Positions 54,925 to 64,000 of a stretch of DNA of 64,000 nt are shown piece by piece. The notes beneath the pieces were generated by a model. That model worked only from the letters and a program-made list of their open reading frames with translations, was not told the origin of the DNA and did no database searches. The stretch comes from Rhodospirillales bacterium. GTDB taxonomy: Bacteria; Pseudomonadota; Alphaproteobacteria; Bin95. The position numbers were made by a program, and so were the translations under genes. The stretch covers positions 64,001 through 128,000 of the forward strand of contig JAYQLI010000035.1 of assembly GCA_038143065.1 (NCBI GenBank), written 5' to 3'. Position 1 is the stretch's first letter. Each line of letters starts with the position of its first letter.

Positions 54925-55566
54925 TTAAGCTTCCGGAGTTTCGGCTGGTTCTGTGGCACACATGCTGGGCCTCAGTCGAAAATTTTCATACCAGCGTGTT
55001 AAGGCAGGTCTGCCGTGACGAAAGTTTCCAAGCCAATCGCGCCAATCTTGGTAACTCGCTGCAATCCCAACGGTAATCTCTGCAAGATTGGGAGAATTTG
55101 TGTCACTGCTAGTTTGGAGTTCTTCGGCGCGTAATTCTATAGCATCAAAGCAGCGATCAATGCGGTCTCTTTGCTTTTGTAAAAAACTCTCCATCCGATA
55201 TTCAGAAGGCCGAAGGTGTTCAGCGCGCATCAGGATTTGAGCCTCAATTAGACCATCAGCAATTGCATAAAGAGACAACATTCTATCAGGTTCTGGACCT
55301 GTCAGCTTACCGCCAGATAAGCGATCCAGATGCTGACATGCAAGTGTTGAGCATCCTAGCGCATGGCCTGCGTCAGTGACGAGTGTTGGGATCCGAGCTA
55401 CGGGGTTATTCTCTGCTAGGCCAGGAGTAAAAGGTACCGTTTCAAACCCCCATGATAGAGGCCAAGTTGTTTGAATTATCTCTATCTTATCCCAGAGGCC
55501 AATCTCTCGTGCAGCTACTGAGACTTTTCGTGTGAAGGGTGATGCTGGTGTCCAGAAAAGTTTCAT
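54925..55566 (-). CDS. Glutathione S-transferase-like protein
   Basis: SPFTRKV, NPVARIPTL. Confidence 0.85.
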   Translation of the reverse strand: MKLFWTPASPFTRKVSVAAREIGLWDKIEIIQTTWPLSWGFETVPFTPGLAENNPVARIPTLVTDAGHALGCSTLACQHLDRLSGGKLTGPEPDRMLSLYAIADGLIEAQILMRAEHLRPSEYRMESFLQKQRDRIDRCFDAIELRAEELQTSSDTNSPNLAEITVGIAASYQDWRDWLGNFRHGRPALTRWYENFRLRPSMCATEPAETPEA

Positions 55567-55626
55567 AAAATATTTCCTGTAGTTCAGAAAAGTAACCTTG
55601 CTACTTAATTTGCTTCGATATGTTCT

Positions 55627-55668
55627 AAATAAAAATACACCGCCCACAAAATTAGCAGGCGGCGTATT
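55627..55668 (-). terminator. Intrinsic terminator after the MaoC pair
   Basis: Minus strand: AATACGCCGCCTGC-TAATTTT-GTGGGCGGTGTATT-TTTATTT. Confidence 0.7.
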
Positions 55669-55690
55669 GAATCAAAAAATAAACGCTATT

Positions 55691-56098
55691 CTAGTCTACG
55701 CGAGCCGTAGCTGAGCCGGTGACCACGGTCTTTCCATCCTGATTTGTTGTGGCTAGCTCTAGCTCAATCTCACCTTCTCCAATCGCAACAACTGTTGCTT
55801 TCGAAGTAAGTGTATCACCAGGCCAGACCTGGTTTGTGAAACGTACCCCGAATTTTTTAAGACGGCCGTCTCCCACGAAATTAGTCAGCATTTTTCCTGT
55901 AAGACCCATTGTAAGCATGCCATGGGCGAAAACACTTGGGTAACCAGCTGCTTGAGTGGTGTATACCTCATCCGTATGTAGCGGATTATAGTCACCTGAT
56001 GTTCCTGCATACATGACTAGTAGTCCCCTAGAGAGGTTTTCGACTACTATTTCCTCGTGAACATCACCAACTTTTAGATCAGTTGCTTTTAAAGCCAT
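55691..56098 (-). CDS. MaoC-like (R)-hydratase
   Basis: YAGTSGDYNPLH, AHGMLTMG hydratase-2 motif. Confidence 0.9.
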   Translation of the reverse strand: MALKATDLKVGDVHEEIVVENLSRGLLVMYAGTSGDYNPLHTDEVYTTQAAGYPSVFAHGMLTMGLTGKMLTNFVGDGRLKKFGVRFTNQVWPGDTLTSKATVVAIGEGEIELELATTNQDGKTVVTGSATARVD

Positions 56099-56112
56099 CT
56101 CTCAGTTCCCCC

Positions 56113-56598
56113 TCAACCTTGGTCGACAGGGCGTTCGGTTTTTACGCCTACACCCCGAGATGTGACAACGAGCTCGCCGTTCTGATTCCGATACTCAAGG
56201 ATAGTCTCAGTGAAAGTTAACTTTCCCGCTCGTTTGCTTTCTTTCTCCCATACTTTTCCAGGCTTTGTTGTTACGGTTAGGACATCGCCAGGTTGTACAG
56301 GGAGATGATATTCAAAGTGCTGCTCCGCATGAAGGCCGCCGGAGCTTGCAGGTTTGCCTTCTATGCCCGAAGGACCTTTTGCTGATCCAAACCACTTCTC
56401 ACCGACTTTAGGTCTAAGGAAGTAGTCGGGGTCGAATTGTGCAACGGACCTATAGAATGTTGGTGGTGGTACCACGTGTCCAACTTCATTATTCTTTGCT
56501 TATTCGGCATCATAGTAAATTTGATTGTCATCATTGACCGAGCGCGCAAACATCATGATGTGCGTTGCTTCGATCGGCATTGTGACTTTATCAGCCAT
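56113..56598 (-). CDS. MaoC N-terminal-type hot-dog partner subunit (in-frame TAA at 56502-56500)
   Basis: MADKVTMPIEATHIMMFARSVNDDNQIYYDAE*AKNNEVGHVVPPPTF...LHAEQHFEY. Confidence 0.78.
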
Positions 56599-56671
56599 TG
56601 TAAGACCTCCTTTTACGATCTTTAAGAAAACTATGTACGGGTTGGTAAAGAAGTCGCAACCAGAAAAGAGT

Positions 56672-57301
56672 TCAGACTACCGATGGAACTTTTACCCCTA
56701 TCATTGCATCTCTAGTAATGAGGGCTTCGAGCTGTTCAGCGCTCCAGTTATCGGTGCCGGCAGGCCGCATGGGTAACACCAGATATCGCATGTCTGCCGT
56801 TGAGTCGTGAACTTCAATTTTGGTTAGATCAGGCAATTCTGTGCCAAATTCTGACAGTACCTTGCGCGGTTCTTTAACAACTCGCGAGCGATAAGCCCGT
56901 TTTTTGTACCAGGCTGGAGGCATCCCAAGTAATACGCGTGGGTAACAGGAACACAGGGTGCACACGATGACGTTATGCCGTTCCGGTGTATTTTCGACGA
57001 CAACGACCTCTGGGTTTTCGTCTAGTCTCGTTACTCCCATTTCAGCAAAGGCTGATTTGGGGTCAGAAATAAGTCTTTCCCGATAGGCAGAATCAGTCCA
57101 GGCACGAGCGATGATCTTTTGTCCCATAACGGGTGTGCGACTATCCATGTCATCAATTTGGGCTTGAATTTGACTGGCCGAAAGGATGCCTTTTTCTACC
57201 AGAAGCTCACGGATGGCTTGCTCCATCACTTCAAACTCTGTGATGTCATCAAGGTCTTCGATTGCTTCATGATCGTCGTGATGGTGTCCGTCGTGGGGCA
57301 T
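56672..57301 (-). CDS. Co-type nitrile hydratase alpha / thiocyanate hydrolase gamma-like subunit
   Basis: VCTLCSCYPR metal-binding motif; RYLVLPMRPAGT; His-rich N-terminus; SD AGGAG. Confidence 0.92.
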   Translation of the reverse strand: MPHDGHHHDDHEAIEDLDDITEFEVMEQAIRELLVEKGILSASQIQAQIDDMDSRTPVMGQKIIARAWTDSAYRERLISDPKSAFAEMGVTRLDENPEVVVVENTPERHNVIVCTLCSCYPRVLLGMPPAWYKKRAYRSRVVKEPRKVLSEFGTELPDLTKIEVHDSTADMRYLVLPMRPAGTDNWSAEQLEALITRDAMIGVKVPSVV

Positions 57302-57303
57302 AT

Positions 57304-57582
57304 CTATTCTCCTATTGGCTGCAACCAATGTTCATATATATCTGCGGCAAGTTCATCCTTACTGTCTTCTCCCCAGACCTCTTTCCATTCAAAAACAATG
57401 TCGTATAGCGGTTGCTCTTCCGCATCCTTGTAATAAGCCAACTCTTCTGGATTTTTATATATTCCAATTAGCTTGCGCACTTGGCCAGTCTTACCACGCA
57501 AATACATTGGAGTTCGACAGTGGCCCTCATGGTCACGAGCGTCGACTAAAACTCTGTCCCCAGCCTTAAAACGAGGCATCAT
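57304..57582 (-). CDS. Nitrile hydratase beta C-terminal (SH3-like) / ScnA-like subunit
   Basis: FKAGDRV, GHCRTPMYLRGKTG, LYDIVF...VWG, DIYEHWLQP. Confidence 0.88.
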   Translation of the reverse strand: MMPRFKAGDRVLVDARDHEGHCRTPMYLRGKTGQVRKLIGIYKNPEELAYYKDAEEQPLYDIVFEWKEVWGEDSKDELAADIYEHWLQPIGE

Positions 57583-57848
57583 TCTGCTGTCCCCCAATGA
57601 TTTAATTTATCACGAGCTTCAGATATCCGGACGGCTAGATCTTCCGCAGAGATAACACCGTCAGAAACCAGGTTAGCTCCTAACGCCTCAATCCATCGGT
57701 CGAAATACGCTGAATCATCAGGCGCTGTCTTTAATGACTTTTGTGTGCGCAAAAATGTTTCTCGCACTTGGCCTCCTGCCTTTGGCAAAAGCTGTAGCAA
57801 TGCATCAACGCGCTTTTCATAAAGCGTAAGGTCACGGTCTGCGGCCAT
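57579..57848 (-). CDS. Nitrile hydratase beta N-terminal-like / ScnB-like or accessory subunit
   Basis: YEKRVDALLQLL, YFDRWIEAL...GVISAEDL; ATGA overlap with the next gene. Confidence 0.72.
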   Translation of the reverse strand: MAADRDLTLYEKRVDALLQLLPKAGGQVRETFLRTQKSLKTAPDDSAYFDRWIEALGANLVSDGVISAEDLAVRISEARDKLNHWGTAE

Positions 57849-57942
57849 AGGTCTTCCATCAGTTACCTAAATGAGAGGCTATGGGTCTTGAGGGATCGGC
57901 GCAAGTCGTCATGATCAATAATAGTTAATTGGAGTTTTTACC

Positions 57943-58836
57943 ATGACTGACCGTGTCACCACTAAACTCAAGAAAATGATAGCTGGACCTGAATTGGCTG
58001 TACTTCCTGGTGTAGCGGATGCACTTAACGCCCGCCTGGTTGCTGCTGAAGGGTTCAATGGAATTTATATGACTGGAGCTGGCACATCAGCTAATCGTCT
58101 TGGTATGCCAGATGTTGGATTACTTACCATGAATGAGATGGCGGATAACGCTTCGCGCATTGCTGACGCTTCGGGACTGCCATTGTTAGCGGATGCTGAT
58201 ACCGGATGGGGTGGACCTCTTAATGTACGTCGGACCGTGCAGCTGTATGAAAGGTCTGGGGTGGCAGGTCTACACGTTGAGGATCAAGAGTGGCCAAAAC
58301 GGTGTGGTCATCTTGCTGGTAAAGCCGTCATTTCCACCGAAGATATGGTGCAAAAAATCAAGGCTGCTGTTGATGCTCGCATCGACCAAGATTTTCAAAT
58401 TGTTGCAAGGACTGACGCTCTGGCGGTTGAAGGATGGAACGCCATGCTAGACCGGGCTCACGCTTTTGAGGAGGCAGGAGCAGATGTGCTCTTTCTAGAG
58501 GCTATGACAACGATGGAGCAGCTAACAGAAGCCCCAAAACTTTTTTCCAAGCCGCTACTATATAATATGGCTTCAAGTGGTAAGACACCATTTTTGGCAA
58601 CCGATGAAATACAGAATCTGGGCTTTGGCGTAGTCATATATCCAAATTTTGTTGTTCTTGCGGCTATTCCCGCTATTCGAAGAATTTTGAAACACCTTAA
58701 AGAAACTGGAGATGTAAAAAATCTTGCTAACGAAATCGTTAGTTTTAAGGAATTTTTTGATTTAATGGGTATGGATGATGTTAAGGCATTAGAGGAGCGC
58801 TATGTGACTGACGAAACCCGCCGAGCTGATTACTGA
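57943..58836 (+). CDS. Isocitrate lyase/PEP mutase family (PrpB/2,3-dimethylmalate lyase-like)
   Basis: DADTGWG, EDQEWPKRCGH, ARTDA. Confidence 0.9.
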   Translation: MTDRVTTKLKKMIAGPELAVLPGVADALNARLVAAEGFNGIYMTGAGTSANRLGMPDVGLLTMNEMADNASRIADASGLPLLADADTGWGGPLNVRRTVQLYERSGVAGLHVEDQEWPKRCGHLAGKAVISTEDMVQKIKAAVDARIDQDFQIVARTDALAVEGWNAMLDRAHAFEEAGADVLFLEAMTTMEQLTEAPKLFSKPLLYNMASSGKTPFLATDEIQNLGFGVVIYPNFVVLAAIPAIRRILKHLKETGDVKNLANEIVSFKEFFDLMGMDDVKALEERYVTDETRRADY

Positions 58837-59942
58837 TGGAAGAGTTAAATCCTCTGCCTCTACCAGATGGCGTAACATCTCGAATGGTCAGCAAGGTAAA
58901 TGGACTCAACATTCATGTTCTTGAAGCTGGAGATCCAACCAGACCCGCTATTCTCTTACTCCATGGTTTTCCAGAACTAGCTTGCTCTTGGCGGAAAATT
59001 ATGTTGCCGCTGGCAGATCTTGGGTACCATGTAATTGCCCCAGACCAGCGCGGTTATGGCCGAACCACAGGTTGGGCGTCGGGTTTTGATGAAGATCTAT
59101 TTACATCGCGAATGCCCAATCTCGTTAGAGATGCGATGGGGTTGTTGTTCCGCATGGGGCATGACCATGCTGAGCATGTTCTTGGTCACGATTTTGGAGC
59201 GTCAGTTGCGGGATGGGCCGGTGTTTTGAGGCCGGATATCTTCAGGTCTATTACAGTAATGAGTGCGCCCTTTGCGACGCCGGTAGCACCAGTAATTGGC
59301 GCAGGAGATTATCCAGAGGACCGGATTGACGAGGAGCTTGCCGCTCTTGCGCGTCCTCGAAAGCACTACCAGCACTATTATTCAACCCGAGAAGCAAATT
59401 CTGACATGTTAAATGCACCAAGTGGCTTGAAGGAATTTCTTCGCGCTTATTTTCATATGAAAGGTGCTGGTTGGAATGAAAATACACCTTTTAAATTGCA
59501 GGGTTGGAATGGGGAAGCACTCGCTCAAATGCCGACCTATTACATAATGGACCGTGATCATACGATGCCTCAGGCAGTCCTCGCTGCATCCTCCGCTTCA
59601 GAAGATGATTGGATGAGTGATAAGGCTCTAAATGTTTATTCAGCAGAGTATGCGCGAACTGGTTTTCAGGGTGCGCTAAATTGGTATCGCTGTCGTTTTG
59701 TTACGGAATATATGCGAGAGCTTGGGCTTGCAGCTGGAATACAGATAAAGGCACCAATGACTTTTATAGCAGGAGCCCAAGATTGGGGCGTTCGGCAAAC
59801 CCCTGGTGCGCTTGAAGGTATGGAGGCCCGTGCCTCTGAGGATTGGCGTGGAACCTACCTTATTGATCAGGCCGGTCATTGGGTTCAGCAAGAACAGTCG
59901 GCGGAAGTAGTAAATGCTTGGCGGCAAGCTATGAAAGTTTAA
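58836..59942 (+). CDS. Epoxide hydrolase-like alpha/beta hydrolase
   Basis: HGFPE, PDQRGYG, GHDFGA, LNWYR, GHWVQQEQ. Confidence 0.9.
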   Translation: MEELNPLPLPDGVTSRMVSKVNGLNIHVLEAGDPTRPAILLLHGFPELACSWRKIMLPLADLGYHVIAPDQRGYGRTTGWASGFDEDLFTSRMPNLVRDAMGLLFRMGHDHAEHVLGHDFGASVAGWAGVLRPDIFRSITVMSAPFATPVAPVIGAGDYPEDRIDEELAALARPRKHYQHYYSTREANSDMLNAPSGLKEFLRAYFHMKGAGWNENTPFKLQGWNGEALAQMPTYYIMDRDHTMPQAVLAASSASEDDWMSDKALNVYSAEYARTGFQGALNWYRCRFVTEYMRELGLAAGIQIKAPMTFIAGAQDWGVRQTPGALEGMEARASEDWRGTYLIDQAGHWVQQEQSAEVVNAWRQAMKV

Positions 59943-62900
59943 AGCCTGATAATATTAACCCCAGGCACTGCTTCGGTTGCGATGTCGAGAAGATGTTGGT
60001 GATGGGTGAGATAGAGGACCTGTCCACGTTTCCCCATTCCAGCTAAAAGATCAAAAGCTTCTCTTGCCCGATTGTCATCAAAGGTTTCAAAAATGTCATC
60101 TGCTATGAAAGGTGGTGGGGAATTTTCGTCGGCAAAAGTATGAAATCCAGCAACTCTGAGCGCTAGGTATAATTGCGCGCGCGTTCCTGCAGACATTTGC
60201 CCATCTTCTATGCGTGATGCACCATTAGAGTCGATTGCGATTAACTCTTTCCCTTACTACCTGCCTGCGTACGAAGGCCTTTATAAGCACCACAGGTAAT
60301 TTTTGCGAAAGCTTCTGAAGCAACTCTCAGCATGTCGCTCTGCTGCTCAGACCGGAAGGATTCGATAGCTGTTTTCGCAGCGAGTGCTCCTAGACGGAGG
60401 CGAAGAGCTTTTTTGGTCCCATCTATAATTTCTTCCAGAACAGTCTGTTTTCTAGTTTGTAGGGCCGCAGCAACACTATCACCGCCGATTGCGTCTATTG
60501 CATTTTGTGCTTCTCGCAGATCGGCATGTCGCTCACGCGTGGCCTCGGCAAGAGCTGTGATTTTTGAATCAAGCGTCGCAATTTCTGCCTCAAGAGATGA
60601 ACTATCTAAACTTTGAAGTAGTTCCAGTGCTTCATCAGAATTTTCAGTGCCTGCTGCCTGAAGTATTTCGCGCTCTAGATTGGCCACAGTTTCTGCTGAT
60701 TTTTTGACTTGAGTGATTTCTTCCAAAATCTGGCTGGCATCAGATAGGCTTTTAACACCAAGAGATTTGAGAAATAGTTCCTTGACGACATTGTGCTCTG
60801 CAATTTCTTTTTGGATCGCAGAAGCGGTATCAAATTCGGATGCTAGAGAGTGTTCTAATGTTTCAACTTGATCTGCCGATTTTTGTTCTTCAATGAGGCG
60901 TGCTTTTAAAAGCTCAAATCCAATTTCAGGATCACTTTGATCAATGGTTAGGCTTAGCTCGTTTAAAATTCCTCGCACTTTCGCAACGAAGGTGTCTTTG
61001 TCATCGGTCATGTGACGGATGCGTGTTTCAAGATCTTCTTGTTTTGCAATCAAATTTTCTAACTCGCGTAGTTCTGATAACGCGTCTGGAATTAACTGAG
61101 GTGCTTTAGAAAAACTACCAATCCATGAAGTGCCCAGTGCTTCTGCCCATCTGGTAGTCCAAACTTCTAAATCTTCCTCTGCTTTGAGCAGCAAAGTCTT
61201 TCGGGTGCGGAGTACGTCTCGACCCTCGCGAGCAATTTCAGCTTCGCGCAATCGAGTGTCAGCGGCATCTACAAGAGTAGCTAAGTCTTCTTCAATATTA
61301 AGAATTTTTGAGAGTGTTTGAACGTGGTTTTTGATTTCGCGTTCTGCTGCTGCACGCAACGATAAAGCCTCATTTTTTTCGGTTGATGGCTAGTGCGTCT
61401 TCTCGGTTCTCTGTCCATTGGATTAGGGCCTCAGGGGCTGTGTTGGGGTCTAAACCTAGTTTTTCTGATACCTCTGCTAGAGTAGTATTTATCTTTCTTA
61501 TATTATTTTGGCACTCCTTAAGAGATACTTTTAGGTCGGATATTTTTGCTTTTTCTTCTGTAGCAACCTTCTTGGCGAGATCTAGGTCCGCTAGTTTAGA
61601 CATGTTTGCTATCTGAGTATCAATTGCTTGATCAAATGCGCGCATTTCCGTTGCGAATATGTCAGCCGTTTCTGCTGTTAATGTATCCCGGTGATGTCCC
61701 CAGGCTTCATCACGCCTAAATTTTAATTTGATTAAAGCGTTCTGATCTAAAATTGCTGCTAAATCTCTATTGGCGTCCAGGTTTGCCTTTGCGACGGTAT
61801 ACCTCGAACGCGCTGAGTCCATCAGGTCTTGAATATTTGCTTTTCTCAGCCGCAGAGAAACAAGATCATTTTTCCAAGTCTCGAGAACACTCCTTGCAGG
61901 TAGCTTTAATGATTTGAGGTCTTCTCCATTTCCTTCCCATGGCGCTAGGCGATCGAAAGCAGAGATAACTTCTATTTCAAGAACTCTCTCTTCATTTAGA
62001 GCTTGTTGATAGCGATTAAGTAGTTCAGTCGATCTAATGGAATAGAGGATAGTTTTTAGCCTCGCATGCTCGGCGTCAGACAATGGACAATCTTGTTTGT
62101 TTGCTTCTGCGCGGGTTACCTCTAGTTGCGCTTGTTTCACTCTTTCGCAGAGCACAGGCCAATCTCGTGCGAGCTCCAGTATTTTTGCTGTTTGCTCAAT
62201 TTCGAGGAAGAGAGTGGGGCTCCGCTTCTTTTCCGTTAGATAATTTTCGTGTCCGGGCCTTAATTTGGGCTACTGTCTCGTCCAGTGTGCGCTGACGCTT
62301 TGGGATATCTTGAGTTGCTGTTCTGTAGCGGCTGGCAAGATCTGTTATTGTCTGAATTTGATGACTAGCGGCAACTATGGTTGCATTAATTTCGATTGAG
62401 GCCAGTTTCTCTTTTTGGGCTGCTATGCGTCGTTCAGTTTCTGTATGTCGAGTTTTTAGGGTGCTTTCATTATCGCGTAATAATTCGAGTTGTGTTCTTG
62501 CGTCCGGAGGTGGCTTGGGTAAATCTTGTAAACGCTCCACAGCAGCTATAGCAGTTCGGTAGTCTTCCAATTTTGAGCACACATTTAACCTACGCTTAAG
62601 AATAGCCTGTTTTTCTCGTGTGGTCTTTTCCTCTTCCTCAGCTTCTTGTCTGGAAATTGTAGCAATTTCGCGTGTCTCTATTAGCCGGTCGAAATTGGCG
62701 GCATTAATATCATGAGTTTCTTGGTCTTTCTTTAGGGTATCAAGTGTTTCCAACAGACTGCGAAGCTTATTTTGTCGCCCACTCCGTCGGTAGAAGGCAT
62801 CTGCTTCAGCATCCATTTGTATTAGGCGATCGCTCAGGTCTGATAAACCGGAGCTGGCTGAAAAGAGAATGCGTCCGAAGTCACCGTTGGCTTTGAGTAA

Positions 62901-63314
62901 CTCTCTACCACCCGCCTCTAAAGACATTTCATCAAGTGAAAACATCGCACGATACTCTGCGCGATCAAGTCCCCCTAGCATCCCTATTAGTGGATCATGG
63001 TTCAGTGGCCTATCGTCAATGCCGACTAGATCGGCATGTCTACGTTTGACCCTGGCTAGTTCTATTTTGTCTTTTTTATGAAGGAAGCCTCCTTCTATCC
63101 TCATTACAGAATAATCATGCATAAACCCGTACGGACTTCGGTCTGGAATCCCAAACATCAAATCTAAGATTGCAGCAAATAGAGTGGATTTTCCTGCTTC
63201 ATTTGGGCCGTATATAAGATGAACGTCGGATCCCTTGTTTTTGGGATCTGGAAATTCCAGTTCGTAATCGGTGAACTTTCCAAAACGGACAAGATTAAGC
63301 CGTTCAATCCTCAT
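59939..63314 (-). CDS. YhaN-family (AAA_27) Rad50/SbcC-like coiled-coil ATPase, about 1125 aa (3 frameshifts)
   Basis: Walker A GPNEAGKST; long coiled coil; signature MSAGT, Walker B FIADD, D-loop ETFDD, LTHH. Confidence 0.9.
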
Positions 63315-64000
63315 TGCCTATCCTCATCCATGGTGGAGAGGCGCGCTAAAGCGTCCGCAATGCCGTCGAAAGCTAACTCCTCAGCTAGTTTCATTTGTTC
63401 CGTTTCTGAATCTCCAAGAGCGTCTCTTGCCTGAGGGGGGAGTAGCCTTACAAGATCATTAAGCATGTTGATTGCCTCCGCCTTCAGAGCAATCTCCGCA
63501 TTTTTCTGCTGCATTAGTTCGGCTATTCGAGAAATAGGACCTGATGGCGTTGAGGTGCTTTTGGAGATATCAATTTTCTCAATCCAAGCAACACTGCCAG
63601 AAGCTGAATTCAATTCCTCCAGAAAAAGGTCACTGTCGCGTCGAAGTTGCCAGGAAAGATTGTCGTTGGCTTCGATGTGAAGCCGGGCAATTAGGCGCTC
63701 TGAACAACACCCTTCCGCAGCATTTTTGAGAGCACTTTCAGCAGCTACACGGGCATCACTCCAACTTCCTGAGACAGTGATGTGAATTGGCATAAATGCA
63801 GTAGTAGCTAGAAACCGCTCTTCGATAGTTAAAGACTTATCGTTACCAACAGTGATGAGTGTTACAGATTTAGGGCCAGCTTCATTAATATGCCTGCCCT
63901 GAGGGATGCCTGGCATCACAACAAAGGGTTTCTCGGAATGAACTTGGCGCTTATGGATATGACCAAGAGCCCAATAATCGTAACCATGATCTATTAGTTC
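63311..64000 (-). CDS. YhaO-family Mre11/SbcD-like metallophosphoesterase (5'-partial)
   Basis: DYWALGHIH...MPGIPQGRHINEAG; ATGA overlap with the YhaN-like gene. Confidence 0.9.
   Translation of the reverse strand, partial: ELIDHGYDYWALGHIHKRQVHSEKPFVVMPGIPQGRHINEAGPKSVTLITVGNDKSLTIEERFLATTAFMPIHITVSGSWSDARVAAESALKNAAEGCCSERLIARLHIEANDNLSWQLRRDSDLFLEELNSASGSVAWIEKIDISKSTSTPSGPISRIAELMQQKNAEIALKAEAINMLNDLVRLLPPQARDALGDSETEQMKLAEELAFDGIADALARLSTMDEDRQ

Noticed and set aside
38818-56502. TAA reassignment suggested by two in-frame TAA codons (38818 and 56500)
   Set aside because: Many neighbouring genes end normally at TAA; two cases fit substitution errors or nonsense mutations.
1-64000. Mass pseudogenisation or programmed frameshifting
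   Set aside because: Breaks hit housekeeping genes, mostly at homopolymers, and leave coding sequence otherwise intact; sequencing error is the simplest explanation.
1-64000. CRISPR arrays, tRNA/rRNA, IS elements, integrases, prophage
   Set aside because: No spaced direct repeats, cloverleaf signatures, or transposase/phage proteins seen; nearly all sequence is explained by CDS.

Overview
64 kb of core and catabolic chromosome from an Alphaproteobacterium, probably Rhodospirillales-like. This is inferred from gene orders such as secA/ppiC-argJ-mutT, tkt-gap-fbaB-thiE, rpe-heparinase-purH and tlpA/argH-lipoprotein-lysA. About 60 CDS are tightly packed. I saw no rRNA, tRNA, CRISPR, prophage or IS element. 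More than 20 single-base frameshifts, mostly in homopolymers and many in housekeeping genes (thrS, infC, secA, purH), indicate an unpolished long-read assembly, so split ORFs were rejoined rather than called pseudogenes. The best candidate for an undescribed system is a two-gene redox module at 45099-47069 (-). One gene encodes a CxxC thioredoxin-like domain fused to a large domain of unknown function. The other is a hidden 174-aa selenoprotein: an in-frame UGA gives D-U-G-S-C-T-S-C, with a SECIS-like hairpin 11 nt downstream. Its Sec region aligns without gaps to the glycine-reductase selenoprotein B (GrdB) motif as I recall it. Other notable items: a three-gene split-beta Co-nitrile/thiocyanate hydrolase-like operon with an atypical beta-N subunit, a CyaC-type heme/2Fe-2S adenylate cyclase, a YhaO-YhaN (Mre11/Rad50-like) pair, an ATA start for infC, two small genes missed by the ORF track, and head-to-head overlapping start codons at tlpA/argH.
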